Below are positions 41,527 through 49,438 of a DNA stretch of 64,000 nucleotides, one piece after another. Position numbers and translations under genes: made by a program. Position 1 is the first letter of the stretch. Every line of letters begins with the position of its first letter. Source of the DNA: Bacteroidota bacterium (GTDB lineage Bacteria; Bacteroidota; Bacteroidia; Chitinophagales; Chitinophagaceae); assembly GCA_947460175.1 (NCBI GenBank), contig CANHGW010000007.1:15302-79301 (forward strand). Reading direction: 5' to 3'. The notes beneath the pieces are model-generated. The model saw only the letters and a program-made list of their open reading frames with translations. It was not told the DNA's origin and did not search any database.

Positions 41527-42057
41527 ATGAAATCAACCGAAGTTTATAAAGAAATAAACAACATAATTTTTCCAAATTTGAAATCTAATGGTTTTAAAAA
41601 GACCAAAAGCGGAATGCTTGGGTATTATAAACAACTAAAAGAACATTATTTAGTATTCTGGTTTCAATGTTCACGAGACGGATTTGACGAATTTGCTGGT
41701 TCAAAATTTATTGTAGAAATACAGATAAGCAGTTCAAACGAAATTGGAACAGCTTCAATAGTTAGACAAAGAATTCCATATTTTTTGACAAAAACAGATT
41801 TTGCAGAAATTGCGAAAACAGAAAACCAAATTAAAGACAAATTACAAAAACCACCGAAGACATATTTTATTTTTAGTTTGACAGAAGACATTCAAAATTG
41901 GAATAAGAAAAAATTTGATAAGACAAATAATTCTTACGACAAATCGAGTGACATTTGGTTTTTATATTATGACAAAACAGACATTGAAAAGTGGTTAGCG
42001 ATAATTGAACCAATGATAAACAAAATAATTTACGACTATGAACAAACAGAATACTAA
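41527..42057 (+). CDS. DUF4304-like hypothetical protein
   Basis: The N-terminal pattern (IIFPNLKSNGFKKTKSG...YLVFWFQ) resembles DUF4304 proteins. No signal peptide. Confidence 0.4.
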   Translation: MKSTEVYKEINNIIFPNLKSNGFKKTKSGMLGYYKQLKEHYLVFWFQCSRDGFDEFAGSKFIVEIQISSSNEIGTASIVRQRIPYFLTKTDFAEIAKTENQIKDKLQKPPKTYFIFSLTEDIQNWNKKKFDKTNNSYDKSSDIWFLYYDKTDIEKWLAIIEPMINKIIYDYEQTEY

Positions 42058-42064
42058 CAAACAC

Positions 42065-42312
42065 TGCACCTAACATTGGTAACTGATGCACAACTCCATT
42101 TTCAAAAACATAAAATTCCTATTATCCTTTATGGAAGATGACTGAAGAGAGTAAAATAATAATTCAGTTAGTGATGTAAGAATCTATACAACCATAAAAA
42201 ATGGCAGAACTGATAATGAAATAACTTCACATTTCTTCTCACTTCGAATGGTTTTATCTATCTTCGATTGGCGCAGTCGATTGAGTTTATTCACAGACTG
42301 TCGTTGTGCGTC
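42065..42312 (+). other. attC-like inter-module spacer 1 (contains 222-bp repeat copy A)
   Basis: Starts with TGCACCTAAC and ends with GTTGTGCGTC. GATGCACAAC (42085-42094) is 9/10 complementary to GTTGTGCGTC (42303-42312). Confidence 0.45.
42079..42300 (+). repeat. 222-bp direct repeat, copy A
   Basis: Aligns by hand with 44407-44627. The 3' 108 nt or so differ at 5 positions; the 5' half is more diverged. Confidence 0.85.
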
Positions 42313-42363
42313 ACTTTATAAAAAACTGCATAGAAAGAAAATAGTGATAAAAATTTAATTAAA

Positions 42364-42795
42364 TTGAAACCAGAAGAACTACAAAATATTATTGACAAAT
42401 TTGACGAAAACGACCTAAAACAAAAAAGTGTTTTTGGCATCTTTCAATATGGAGGGGGCTCTGAAGAGAGTTTTATAAAAGCGAATAAAGAAGGACTTGA
42501 ACTTTTTGCATTACAATTATTAAAAGCTTCAAATGAAGTAGATTTAATTCTTGCTGACAAAGAAAAAAATAATATTCTTCTTGACTATACTGAAAATTGG
42601 ATTCACCAAGACAGTCAAACTTTTTTACAATATATTGAACCTACAACCGAAAAACAAATAAACTATCCAAACGAAGAGAACAAGACAACATTCGCTGACA
42701 AAATTATGCCATACGGCTGTGGACTTATTTTAATTATTCTTGCAATTTCTACCTTTGTTGGGCTTGGAACTATAATTAAATGGATTTCAAATTAA
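42364..42795 (+). CDS. hypothetical protein with C-terminal transmembrane helix
   Basis: 143-aa ORF with a TTG start and a C-terminal hydrophobic helix (GCGLILIILAISTFVGLGTII). It is 6 bp upstream of the next ORF. Confidence 0.4.
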   Translation: MKPEELQNIIDKFDENDLKQKSVFGIFQYGGGSEESFIKANKEGLELFALQLLKASNEVDLILADKEKNNILLDYTENWIHQDSQTFLQYIEPTTEKQINYPNEENKTTFADKIMPYGCGLILIILAISTFVGLGTIIKWISN

Positions 42796-42801
42796 TAACT
42801 T

Positions 42802-43044
42802 ATGGCTACTCAAATTTGTCCAAATTGTAATAAAGATAGTTTTACTTGTTACATATTAGAAGAAGATGATAAATTTACAACTTGGCTATGTCATTCTTGT
42901 TCATTTAAAGCATTTGAAGACGAAAGTTTAGAAAGAATTTGCCTAAACTGTAAGACAAAAACTGAAATACAATTTAATGTACTAGACAAAAAATATTGGT
43001 GGTGTAACAATTGTATGAAGTACGAATTAATAAAAGAAAAATAA
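42802..43044 (+). CDS. small zinc-ribbon protein (four CxxC pairs)
   Basis: CPNC, CHSC, CLNC and CNNC pairs in 80 aa. Confidence 0.5.
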   Translation: MATQICPNCNKDSFTCYILEEDDKFTTWLCHSCSFKAFEDESLERICLNCKTKTEIQFNVLDKKYWWCNNCMKYELIKEK

Positions 43045-43053
43045 AAGCGAACT

Positions 43054-43170
43054 CACAACATCCGTTTTGCGATATTGAGGCTGATGCACAAAATTTGAAC
43101 ATTGGAATTCTATTGATCTTTTGTACTAAATTGAACATTTCCAACATCGCAAAGCCGAGAACCGTTAGGT
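43054..43170 (+). other. attC-like inter-module spacer 2 (117 bp imperfect palindrome)
   Basis: Starts with CACAAC and ends with GTTAGGT. The internal stem TTTGCGATATTG (43066-43077) pairs with CAACATCGCAAA (43142-43153) with one mismatch. It contains CTGATGCACAA at 43081-43091. Confidence 0.5.
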
Positions 43171-43207
43171 ACGACTGCTAAACCTAACTTACATAATTTA
43201 ATTATAT

Positions 43208-43228
43208 TACCAAATTTTGGTACATTTG
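43208..43228 (+). promoter_or_regulatory. candidate parDE promoter with overlapping palindromic operator
   Basis: The palindrome TACCAAA-T-TTTGGTA (43208-43222) overlaps TACATTTG (43221-43228, TAnnTTTG), 15 nt before the parD ATG. Confidence 0.5.
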
Positions 43229-43242
43229 TAAAAAGTATAAAT

Positions 43243-43494
43243 ATGGGACGCAATACATCAATCTCATTAGGCGATCATTTTGAAGACTTTATAGAACATA
43301 CCATAAATGACGGCCGATTTAATAATGCTAGCGAAGTGATTCGTGCTGGACTTCGCCTTCTGGAAGATGAAGAAAACAAAATACTAGCATTACGAAAAGC
43401 AATAGATAAAGGCTTGAAAAGTGGTCGAGCAATCGATTTTAATCCTAAAACGCATCTTGAATTTCTAAAAGCAAAGAAAAAATCAAATGGTTAA
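43243..43494 (+). CDS. parD: type II antitoxin, ParD family (ribbon-helix-helix)
   Basis: NTSISLGDHFEDFI...GRFNNASEVIRAGLRLLEDEE is the conserved ParD/COG3609 core. It overlaps the toxin gene by 8 nt. Confidence 0.85.
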   Translation: MGRNTSISLGDHFEDFIEHTINDGRFNNASEVIRAGLRLLEDEENKILALRKAIDKGLKSGRAIDFNPKTHLEFLKAKKKSNG

Positions 43495-43780
43495 ATACTA
43501 TTTTTCCAATGAAGCCGTCGAAGATTTATCTGAAATATGGAACTACACTTTTAGTACTTGGTCTGAAAAGCAAGCAGACACTTATTATAAATTAATTTTG
43601 AATTCATGCAATGAACTGGCACGAAATCCGAGCATAGGGAAAGAGTATGAAATTGTAACAAAAGGCATATTGGGATTTAGAGCTGGTGAACATATTATAT
43701 TTTATCATGTCATTTCTCAGAATGAAATTGAAGTCGCAAGAATCCTACATAGCATGATGGACTTAAAGAGTAAAATTTAA
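43487..43780 (+). CDS. parE: type II toxin, RelE/ParE family
   Basis: 97 aa with the typical ParE pattern (A.EDL.EIW.Y...W...QA..Y...I......L...P..G...) and translational coupling to parD. Confidence 0.8.
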   Translation: MVKYYFSNEAVEDLSEIWNYTFSTWSEKQADTYYKLILNSCNELARNPSIGKEYEIVTKGILGFRAGEHIIFYHVISQNEIEVARILHSMMDLKSKI

Positions 43781-43785
43781 ACCGA

Positions 43786-43920
43786 ACCTAACAGCGCAGA
43801 AAAGAAATGCCGGGCTGAGTCTAAGGGCTGAACAATTTAATCATCTAAGATCTGCGAATAAATGTTTTACTTTTTCTCTATCTTTGTCTGGCACAGCTTC
43901 TGCGGTCAGAACGTTGGCGG
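43786..43920 (+). other. attC-like inter-module spacer 3 (135 bp)
   Basis: Starts with ACCTAAC and ends with GTTGGCGG. The inner stem is CGCAGAA (43795-43801) with TTCTGCG (43898-43904). Confidence 0.5.
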
Positions 43921-43957
43921 AAAGGCAAGAACCGATACGATATCTAATGTAGATTTG

Positions 43958-44410
43958 ATGAATTTAAAAAATAAGTTGGATGAATATCTGATAAATGGGT
44001 TAGACAGGAATAATATCTTGATATACAAAATTGATATTCAGAAGGATGAATGCTCTAGATATGTATTCACTATAAGATTTCAAATTCCGATTCCAAAACC
44101 TTTTCCATTATCAAGAACTATTCTCTTTGATGTAACGAATGAGAAATATAAAAGGAAAGATATTGTAACAAACATATACATCTTCATCGCGAATATCATA
44201 ATGTCAATAATAGTAAGTTGTGATATTTTATGCAATTTAGATGAAATACAATCTGAATTTAGGATAATACAAATAATAGCAATATTATTAACTCCATTGG
44301 TTATGACAATATTTCCTTACTTGATAATTAGAAAATATATGTCTAGAATAACTCTCGGATACGAAGATAAAGAAATGATAAATGATCATCCCTACCGCCA
44401 ACAGCAGTAA
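43958..44410 (+). CDS. small hypothetical membrane protein
   Basis: The ATG at 43958 lies downstream of the GTTGGCGG boundary. Two hydrophobic helices. The stop overlaps the CCGCCAAC site. Confidence 0.4.
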   Translation: MNLKNKLDEYLINGLDRNNILIYKIDIQKDECSRYVFTIRFQIPIPKPFPLSRTILFDVTNEKYKRKDIVTNIYIFIANIIMSIIVSCDILCNLDEIQSEFRIIQIIAILLTPLVMTIFPYLIIRKYMSRITLGYEDKEMINDHPYRQQQ

Positions 44411-44627
44411 CTGATACACAACTACTATTTAAAAATCAAGAATATCCTATTATCGTATATGGAAGATGACAGAATAGAGAAAAATAAAAATTCAATTAGT
44501 GATGCGAGTATGTATAGAACATAAAAAATGGCAGAACTGATATTGAAAAAACTTCACATTTCTTCTCACTTCGAATGGTTTTATCTATCTTCGATTGACG
44601 CAGTCGACTGAGTTTTTTCACAGACTG
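44407..44627 (+). repeat. 222-bp direct repeat, copy B
   Basis: Aligns with 42079-42300. Unlike copy A it is not followed by a GTTGTGC core. It ends 54 bp before the ATPase start. Confidence 0.85.
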
Positions 44628-44680
44628 CCTTTAGTAGCTAGTATAAGTGTCATCACAGCATAAATCAGACAATCATTTAA

Positions 44681-47170
44681 ATGATAAACGGACTAACAAG
44701 TATTCAAGCAGCAGAAAAAATAAAACTTGAAGGTTACAATGAATTAGCATCTGCTAAACCAAAGAACATACTAAGCATTGCGTTGGAGGTAATAAAAGAA
44801 CCTATGTTTCTTTTATTAATAAGTTGTGGAATTCTTTACATGATTCTGGGAGATTACAAGGAAGGCATCATTTTACTATCAGCGATCTTCATCATCATCT
44901 TCATTACCTTTTATCAATATCAAAAAACAGAAAAAGCCTTAGAGGCACTCAAAAAACTTTCTTCGCCTCGGGCATTGGTTATTCGTGATGGAAAAGAAAT
45001 AAGAATACCTGGCAGAGAAGTGGTAACAGATGACATTATTATAATAAACGAAGGCGACCGCATACCCGCTGACGCTGTTCTACTTGACAGCTTGAACATA
45101 TCCGTTGATGAATCATTGCTTACGGGCGAATCAGTTCCAGTGGTAAAAAATGTTCAGTTAGATGAAGCGAATACCCAAGTAATGCTTTTCAGCGGCACAC
45201 TTGTGGTTCAGGGAAAAGGAATAGCGAAGGTTTTAAGCACTGGAACTAAAACACAATTTGGCAAAATAGGAATATCGTTGCAAAGCATTGAACAGGATGA
45301 AACCCGATTGCAAAAGGAAATGAAAGTTCTTATTCGTAATCTCTTTATTGCCGGTGCTATTATCAGCATAGGTGTTGTGGCGGCATTTTATTTTACACGA
45401 GGAAATTTAATACAATCAGTGCTCAATGGACTAGCAGCTGCCATGGCCATTTTACCTGAAGAATTTCCAGTAGTGCTTACTGTATTTCTTGCGTTGGGAG
45501 CATGGCGTTTATCCAAGAAAAATGTATTGACCCGAAAGCCATCAGCTATTGAAACGCTGGGTTCTGCGACTGTTTTGTGCAGCGATAAAACAGGCACGAT
45601 TACACTAAACAAAATGGAAGTAGTTGCTTTGTGTGACGACAATAAAATCTATCATAAAAGTGACTTCAAAGATAATAAAGAACTTCTTCAGGATTTAATT
45701 ACGTCTGCATTTCGTGCCTCGCAAAATGATTCAATTGACCCTATGGAAAAAGCTATTGTAAATGCATATCGAGAAATAGTAACAGAAAAAAATCAATCAG
45801 AAAAATTAATAAAGGAGTATCCATTAAGCAAACAACTCTTTGCCATGACAAGAGTGTTGGAGGGCGCATCTCATGAATCCTTTTCTGTATTTAGTAAAGG
45901 GGCGCCAGAAGCCATTTTTGCTTTATGCAAAATGAACGAGCAGGAAATTGCACCGCAAATTGCTTCTGTAAATCAAATGGCAGAAAAAGGCTATCGGGTT
46001 ATTGCCGTTGCAATAACATCATGGAATCAGCAAACATTACCAGAAACTCAATACGATTTTGATTTTAAATTTCTCGGACTCATCGGCTTTGAAGACCCTA
46101 TACGACCCGAAGTTCCTCAAGCTATCAAGGAATGTAATGAAGCAGGAATAAAAGTAATTATGATTACCGGAGATTTCCCCGCAACTGCAACCAGTATCGC
46201 CTCACAAATCGGGCTTCAATCTGCTGAAAATGTATTAACGGGAAATGATTTAAAAAAATTGAATGATGCGCAACTACAGGAAAAAATTAAAACAGTGAAT
46301 GTTTTTGCACGAATTATTCCTGAGCAAAAACTCCAAATCATAAAAGCATTAAAAGCAAATGGTGAAATCGTAGCCATGACGGGAGATGGCGTAAATGATG
46401 CACCTGCATTAAAAGCTGCTGACATTGGAGTGGCTATGGGTGGTAAAGGTACCGATGTAGCAAGAGAGGCATCTTCCTTGGTTTTGCTTGATGACAACTT
46501 CGCTTCCATTGTTTCAGCTATTCGCTCAGGAAGAAAAATATACGATAACCTGCAAAAAGCAATGTCATATATTCTTGCTATTCATATACCGATAATTGGA
46601 CTTGCGCTATTGCCTGCGTTTTTCACTTCGCTACCATTACTATTAATGCCATTGCACATTGTTTTTATGGAACTAATTATTGATCCTGTTTGCTCTGTTG
46701 CTTTTGAATCGGAACAAGAAGAAAAAGGAATAATGCAACGTCCACCTCGAAACCCCAATGAATTATTTTTTGGTTGGCACAAAATGGTATTCAGTTTAAT
46801 TCAAGGATTATTGCTATTGATAATGGTACTAGTCGTTTATTTTTTATCCATTCACGAAGGACATAACGAGCGTGAAGTTAGAGCAATTGCCTTTTCCTCA
46901 CTTATAATCGGTAATATATTCCTTATTCTTACATCACTTTCAAAAACCAGAAATTTCATTTCAATATTGATGGAAAAAAATATTGCAGTAATTCTTATTA
47001 TTGCAATCGCATTGACGCTATTGTTTGTGATAATATCTGTTCCTGCACTACAACAAATTTTCAGTTTTCAATTTCCTGGGTACAACCATTTTATTTCTTC
47101 GATAACTGGTGCTGCTATCATTTTACTGATATTTGAATCATATAAATTTATCAAGACAAAATGGAGATAA
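44681..47170 (+). CDS. cation-translocating P-type ATPase (type II, Ca2+/Mg2+-like)
   Basis: Phosphorylation site DKTGTIT, TGES actuator motif, hinge GDGVNDAPALKAADIGVAMG and about 10 TM helices. Confidence 0.9.
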   Translation: MINGLTSIQAAEKIKLEGYNELASAKPKNILSIALEVIKEPMFLLLISCGILYMILGDYKEGIILLSAIFIIIFITFYQYQKTEKALEALKKLSSPRALVIRDGKEIRIPGREVVTDDIIIINEGDRIPADAVLLDSLNISVDESLLTGESVPVVKNVQLDEANTQVMLFSGTLVVQGKGIAKVLSTGTKTQFGKIGISLQSIEQDETRLQKEMKVLIRNLFIAGAIISIGVVAAFYFTRGNLIQSVLNGLAAAMAILPEEFPVVLTVFLALGAWRLSKKNVLTRKPSAIETLGSATVLCSDKTGTITLNKMEVVALCDDNKIYHKSDFKDNKELLQDLITSAFRASQNDSIDPMEKAIVNAYREIVTEKNQSEKLIKEYPLSKQLFAMTRVLEGASHESFSVFSKGAPEAIFALCKMNEQEIAPQIASVNQMAEKGYRVIAVAITSWNQQTLPETQYDFDFKFLGLIGFEDPIRPEVPQAIKECNEAGIKVIMITGDFPATATSIASQIGLQSAENVLTGNDLKKLNDAQLQEKIKTVNVFARIIPEQKLQIIKALKANGEIVAMTGDGVNDAPALKAADIGVAMGGKGTDVAREASSLVLLDDNFASIVSAIRSGRKIYDNLQKAMSYILAIHIPIIGLALLPAFFTSLPLLLMPLHIVFMELIIDPVCSVAFESEQEEKGIMQRPPRNPNELFFGWHKMVFSLIQGLLLLIMVLVVYFLSIHEGHNEREVRAIAFSSLIIGNIFLILTSLSKTRNFISILMEKNIAVILIIAIALTLLFVIISVPALQQIFSFQFPGYNHFISSITGAAIILLIFESYKFIKTKWR

Positions 47171-47446
47171 ATATGAGTTGCATCAGTTTTCTACTTTTAT
47201 CAATAACAAATAAGCCATTACATAAAAATACATTTTCAATAGGCAAGATTTTGTGATCAGCAGACAGTTTTGTGGTAACCGTAAGTTCAGTTTTCGGCAT
47301 CTGTATTTATGGTCAAAAACCCGCTCATATTAATTCTGAAAAGTCTTGGTTTGAAAAAAATAAATTTTTGAATTTCATTTCAATAAACAAATTATTTGTA
47401 GAAGTTAACTAGTTTTCATTAGAAGTTAACTAAGTGACTAAATTTT

Positions 47447-49438
47447 TTATTCCACTAAAATCTTTTTCACCATGAGTTGCTTACCTGCAATGATTTTAAC
47501 GGTATAAATACCTTTTGCTAATTGCAACGGCACCTTTGTTTCATTTACAAAAGAACTAGTTGAAACCAATTGTCCTTGCAAGGTATAAATTTGATAAATA
47601 GCTTCCCCTTTGATGCCTTCTATCGTTAACAAATTGCGTACAGGATTTGGATATAAATTACAATCAAGTGATACAATATCCTTGATGGATGTAGGATTAT
47701 ACCAAACCTGACCTACATTATTCCCATATATATAACTAGCCAACTCGGGCATATCAATAAATGGATTTCGATTGAGCTGCCATGTATAAATATAATTGTT
47801 TCGATACATTTCAAAATCATCGCGTGGGTCTGAAAGATTCCAAGAAAGCAGGCTATCCAAATCTCCCAATTTATATGTAGTAGTATCATCAGGATTACCG
47901 CTTACAAGTGATAGACCATTGTAACGTACAGCCATATAAAATAATGCACGAGACACATCTCCTCTCCAGCTATTCATAGTTCCTACAGGGCCATTATAAT
48001 CGGTACCGCCATAATCCTTGTTGTTACGGGTACTATTTTCGGGACCATCCTCTGCACGTAAATGATGTGCATCTGCATGACCAGCTAAAAGGTCATTGGC
48101 ATTCGTTGGCAAATACACATTGATACCATCTGAGGTATCACTTGTACCATTTGAAAATCCACCTCTTGATTGTGGAAAGATATGTTCTCGATTCCATTTA
48201 CCTGTTCCACTGCCTGTAGTTTGATAATCTAATTTAGCACGTGGTGTCTCAACATACATCAACCACACTTGATTCCCGTTTTTAGGATTATGATCAGCCT
48301 CTTTGAGTAAATCTGGCATATCACCATAGCAATGAGCATGTACCACATTGGAATCGGCAATAATATTTTGCAAAGCTTGTTTCAATGCAGCACCAGATAG
48401 CCCATTGATAGAATTATAATAACCGGCAGGCGCTGTACTTGTAACTACACCATAGGTTGGTTGCAATGGCGTACCCCATGGGTCAACGGTATAATCATTA
48501 TCCACCACACGTATTTCTACATTGTCGTTCAATCGATTATAACCTGTAGGCAGGGGCGCAAATTTTATTTTCAACACTTCATCTCCTTCATTAAGTATAT
48601 CGTCGACCAAGGTAATAGTTGTTGTAGTAGAATTGAGTCCAATAGGTATTGTCATATTGATTACACCTGTATAATCAGAAGTATTAAAACTTCCATTGGT
48701 TAAACTAAAAGAAAAATTCAACGTTGATACAACATTCGTTTGTGTGGTAAACGTAATGTGCATTGTATCACCCTCTCCACGATGGGCTGTATTAGCCCAT
48801 ATCTTTACTCCATTATATACAACTCCACTTCCATCATTCATGGCTCCTGGTGTTGGCAATTTCACTTCGTAGCTACCATCATTTTTACGTTGTATAGATT
48901 CCGTAGCTTGAGCATTATTTTCATTTTCATTCATTTGGACTTGCGGCAATACAATGCCAAGCAATGCCATAAGTGCAAGTGCATCAGGATCGCTTGTATC
49001 ATATGCCAATGCATGCACCAAATTGGCGGTAGAAGCCAATGTACCATCTGGAAAATCAGCAACTGTTCCTTGATAAACAGCTATAGCATCTTCCCCATTT
49101 TGGATAATATTATCTGAAAAAATAATATCTGGTACTGGAGATACAAGATTATTACCTAGCGTTGCTATCCCGTTAGCATCGGTTACTAATCCATTCAAAC
49201 TAAGTGTATAATAACTCATGTTGGCATTGCTGGCTGTGGGATTACCATTGAAAAAAACCAATACATGTCCATTTAATGAAGTGAATGGTATCAGCGTACG
49301 TAACTCTACAAATTCCATATTATCAATGCCAGGAGTATCCGAATCCAATTCATTGATAAAGATTTGTGCTTTAGATAGATTGCTGATGAAAACAAAAAAT
49401 GTGAGCAGCAGCAAACTAGTTAGTTTATATATATTCAT
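47447..49438 (-). CDS. secreted endonuclease I family nuclease with lamin-tail, Calx-beta-like and T9SS sorting domains
   Basis: Signal peptide. LTD-like start (IFINELDSDTPGIDNMEFVELR), Calx-beta-like DDILNEGDE, endonuclease I motifs (WNREHIFPQSRGG, DAHHL, RNPFID) and CTD (LYPNPV...GIYTVKI). Confidence 0.8.
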   Translation of the reverse strand: MNIYKLTSLLLLTFFVFISNLSKAQIFINELDSDTPGIDNMEFVELRTLIPFTSLNGHVLVFFNGNPTASNANMSYYTLSLNGLVTDANGIATLGNNLVSPVPDIIFSDNIIQNGEDAIAVYQGTVADFPDGTLASTANLVHALAYDTSDPDALALMALLGIVLPQVQMNENENNAQATESIQRKNDGSYEVKLPTPGAMNDGSGVVYNGVKIWANTAHRGEGDTMHITFTTQTNVVSTLNFSFSLTNGSFNTSDYTGVINMTIPIGLNSTTTTITLVDDILNEGDEVLKIKFAPLPTGYNRLNDNVEIRVVDNDYTVDPWGTPLQPTYGVVTSTAPAGYYNSINGLSGAALKQALQNIIADSNVVHAHCYGDMPDLLKEADHNPKNGNQVWLMYVETPRAKLDYQTTGSGTGKWNREHIFPQSRGGFSNGTSDTSDGINVYLPTNANDLLAGHADAHHLRAEDGPENSTRNNKDYGGTDYNGPVGTMNSWRGDVSRALFYMAVRYNGLSLVSGNPDDTTTYKLGDLDSLLSWNLSDPRDDFEMYRNNYIYTWQLNRNPFIDMPELASYIYGNNVGQVWYNPTSIKDIVSLDCNLYPNPVRNLLTIEGIKGEAIYQIYTLQGQLVSTSSFVNETKVPLQLAKGIYTVKIIAGKQLMVKKILVE

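Noticed and set aside
42167-42173. GTTAGTG inside repeat copy A as the closing core of a 106-bp attC starting at ACCTAAC (42068).
   Set aside because: The equivalent position in copy B is ATTAGTG, no matching inverse core follows, and the interpretation is overfitted. It is mentioned only as an alternative.
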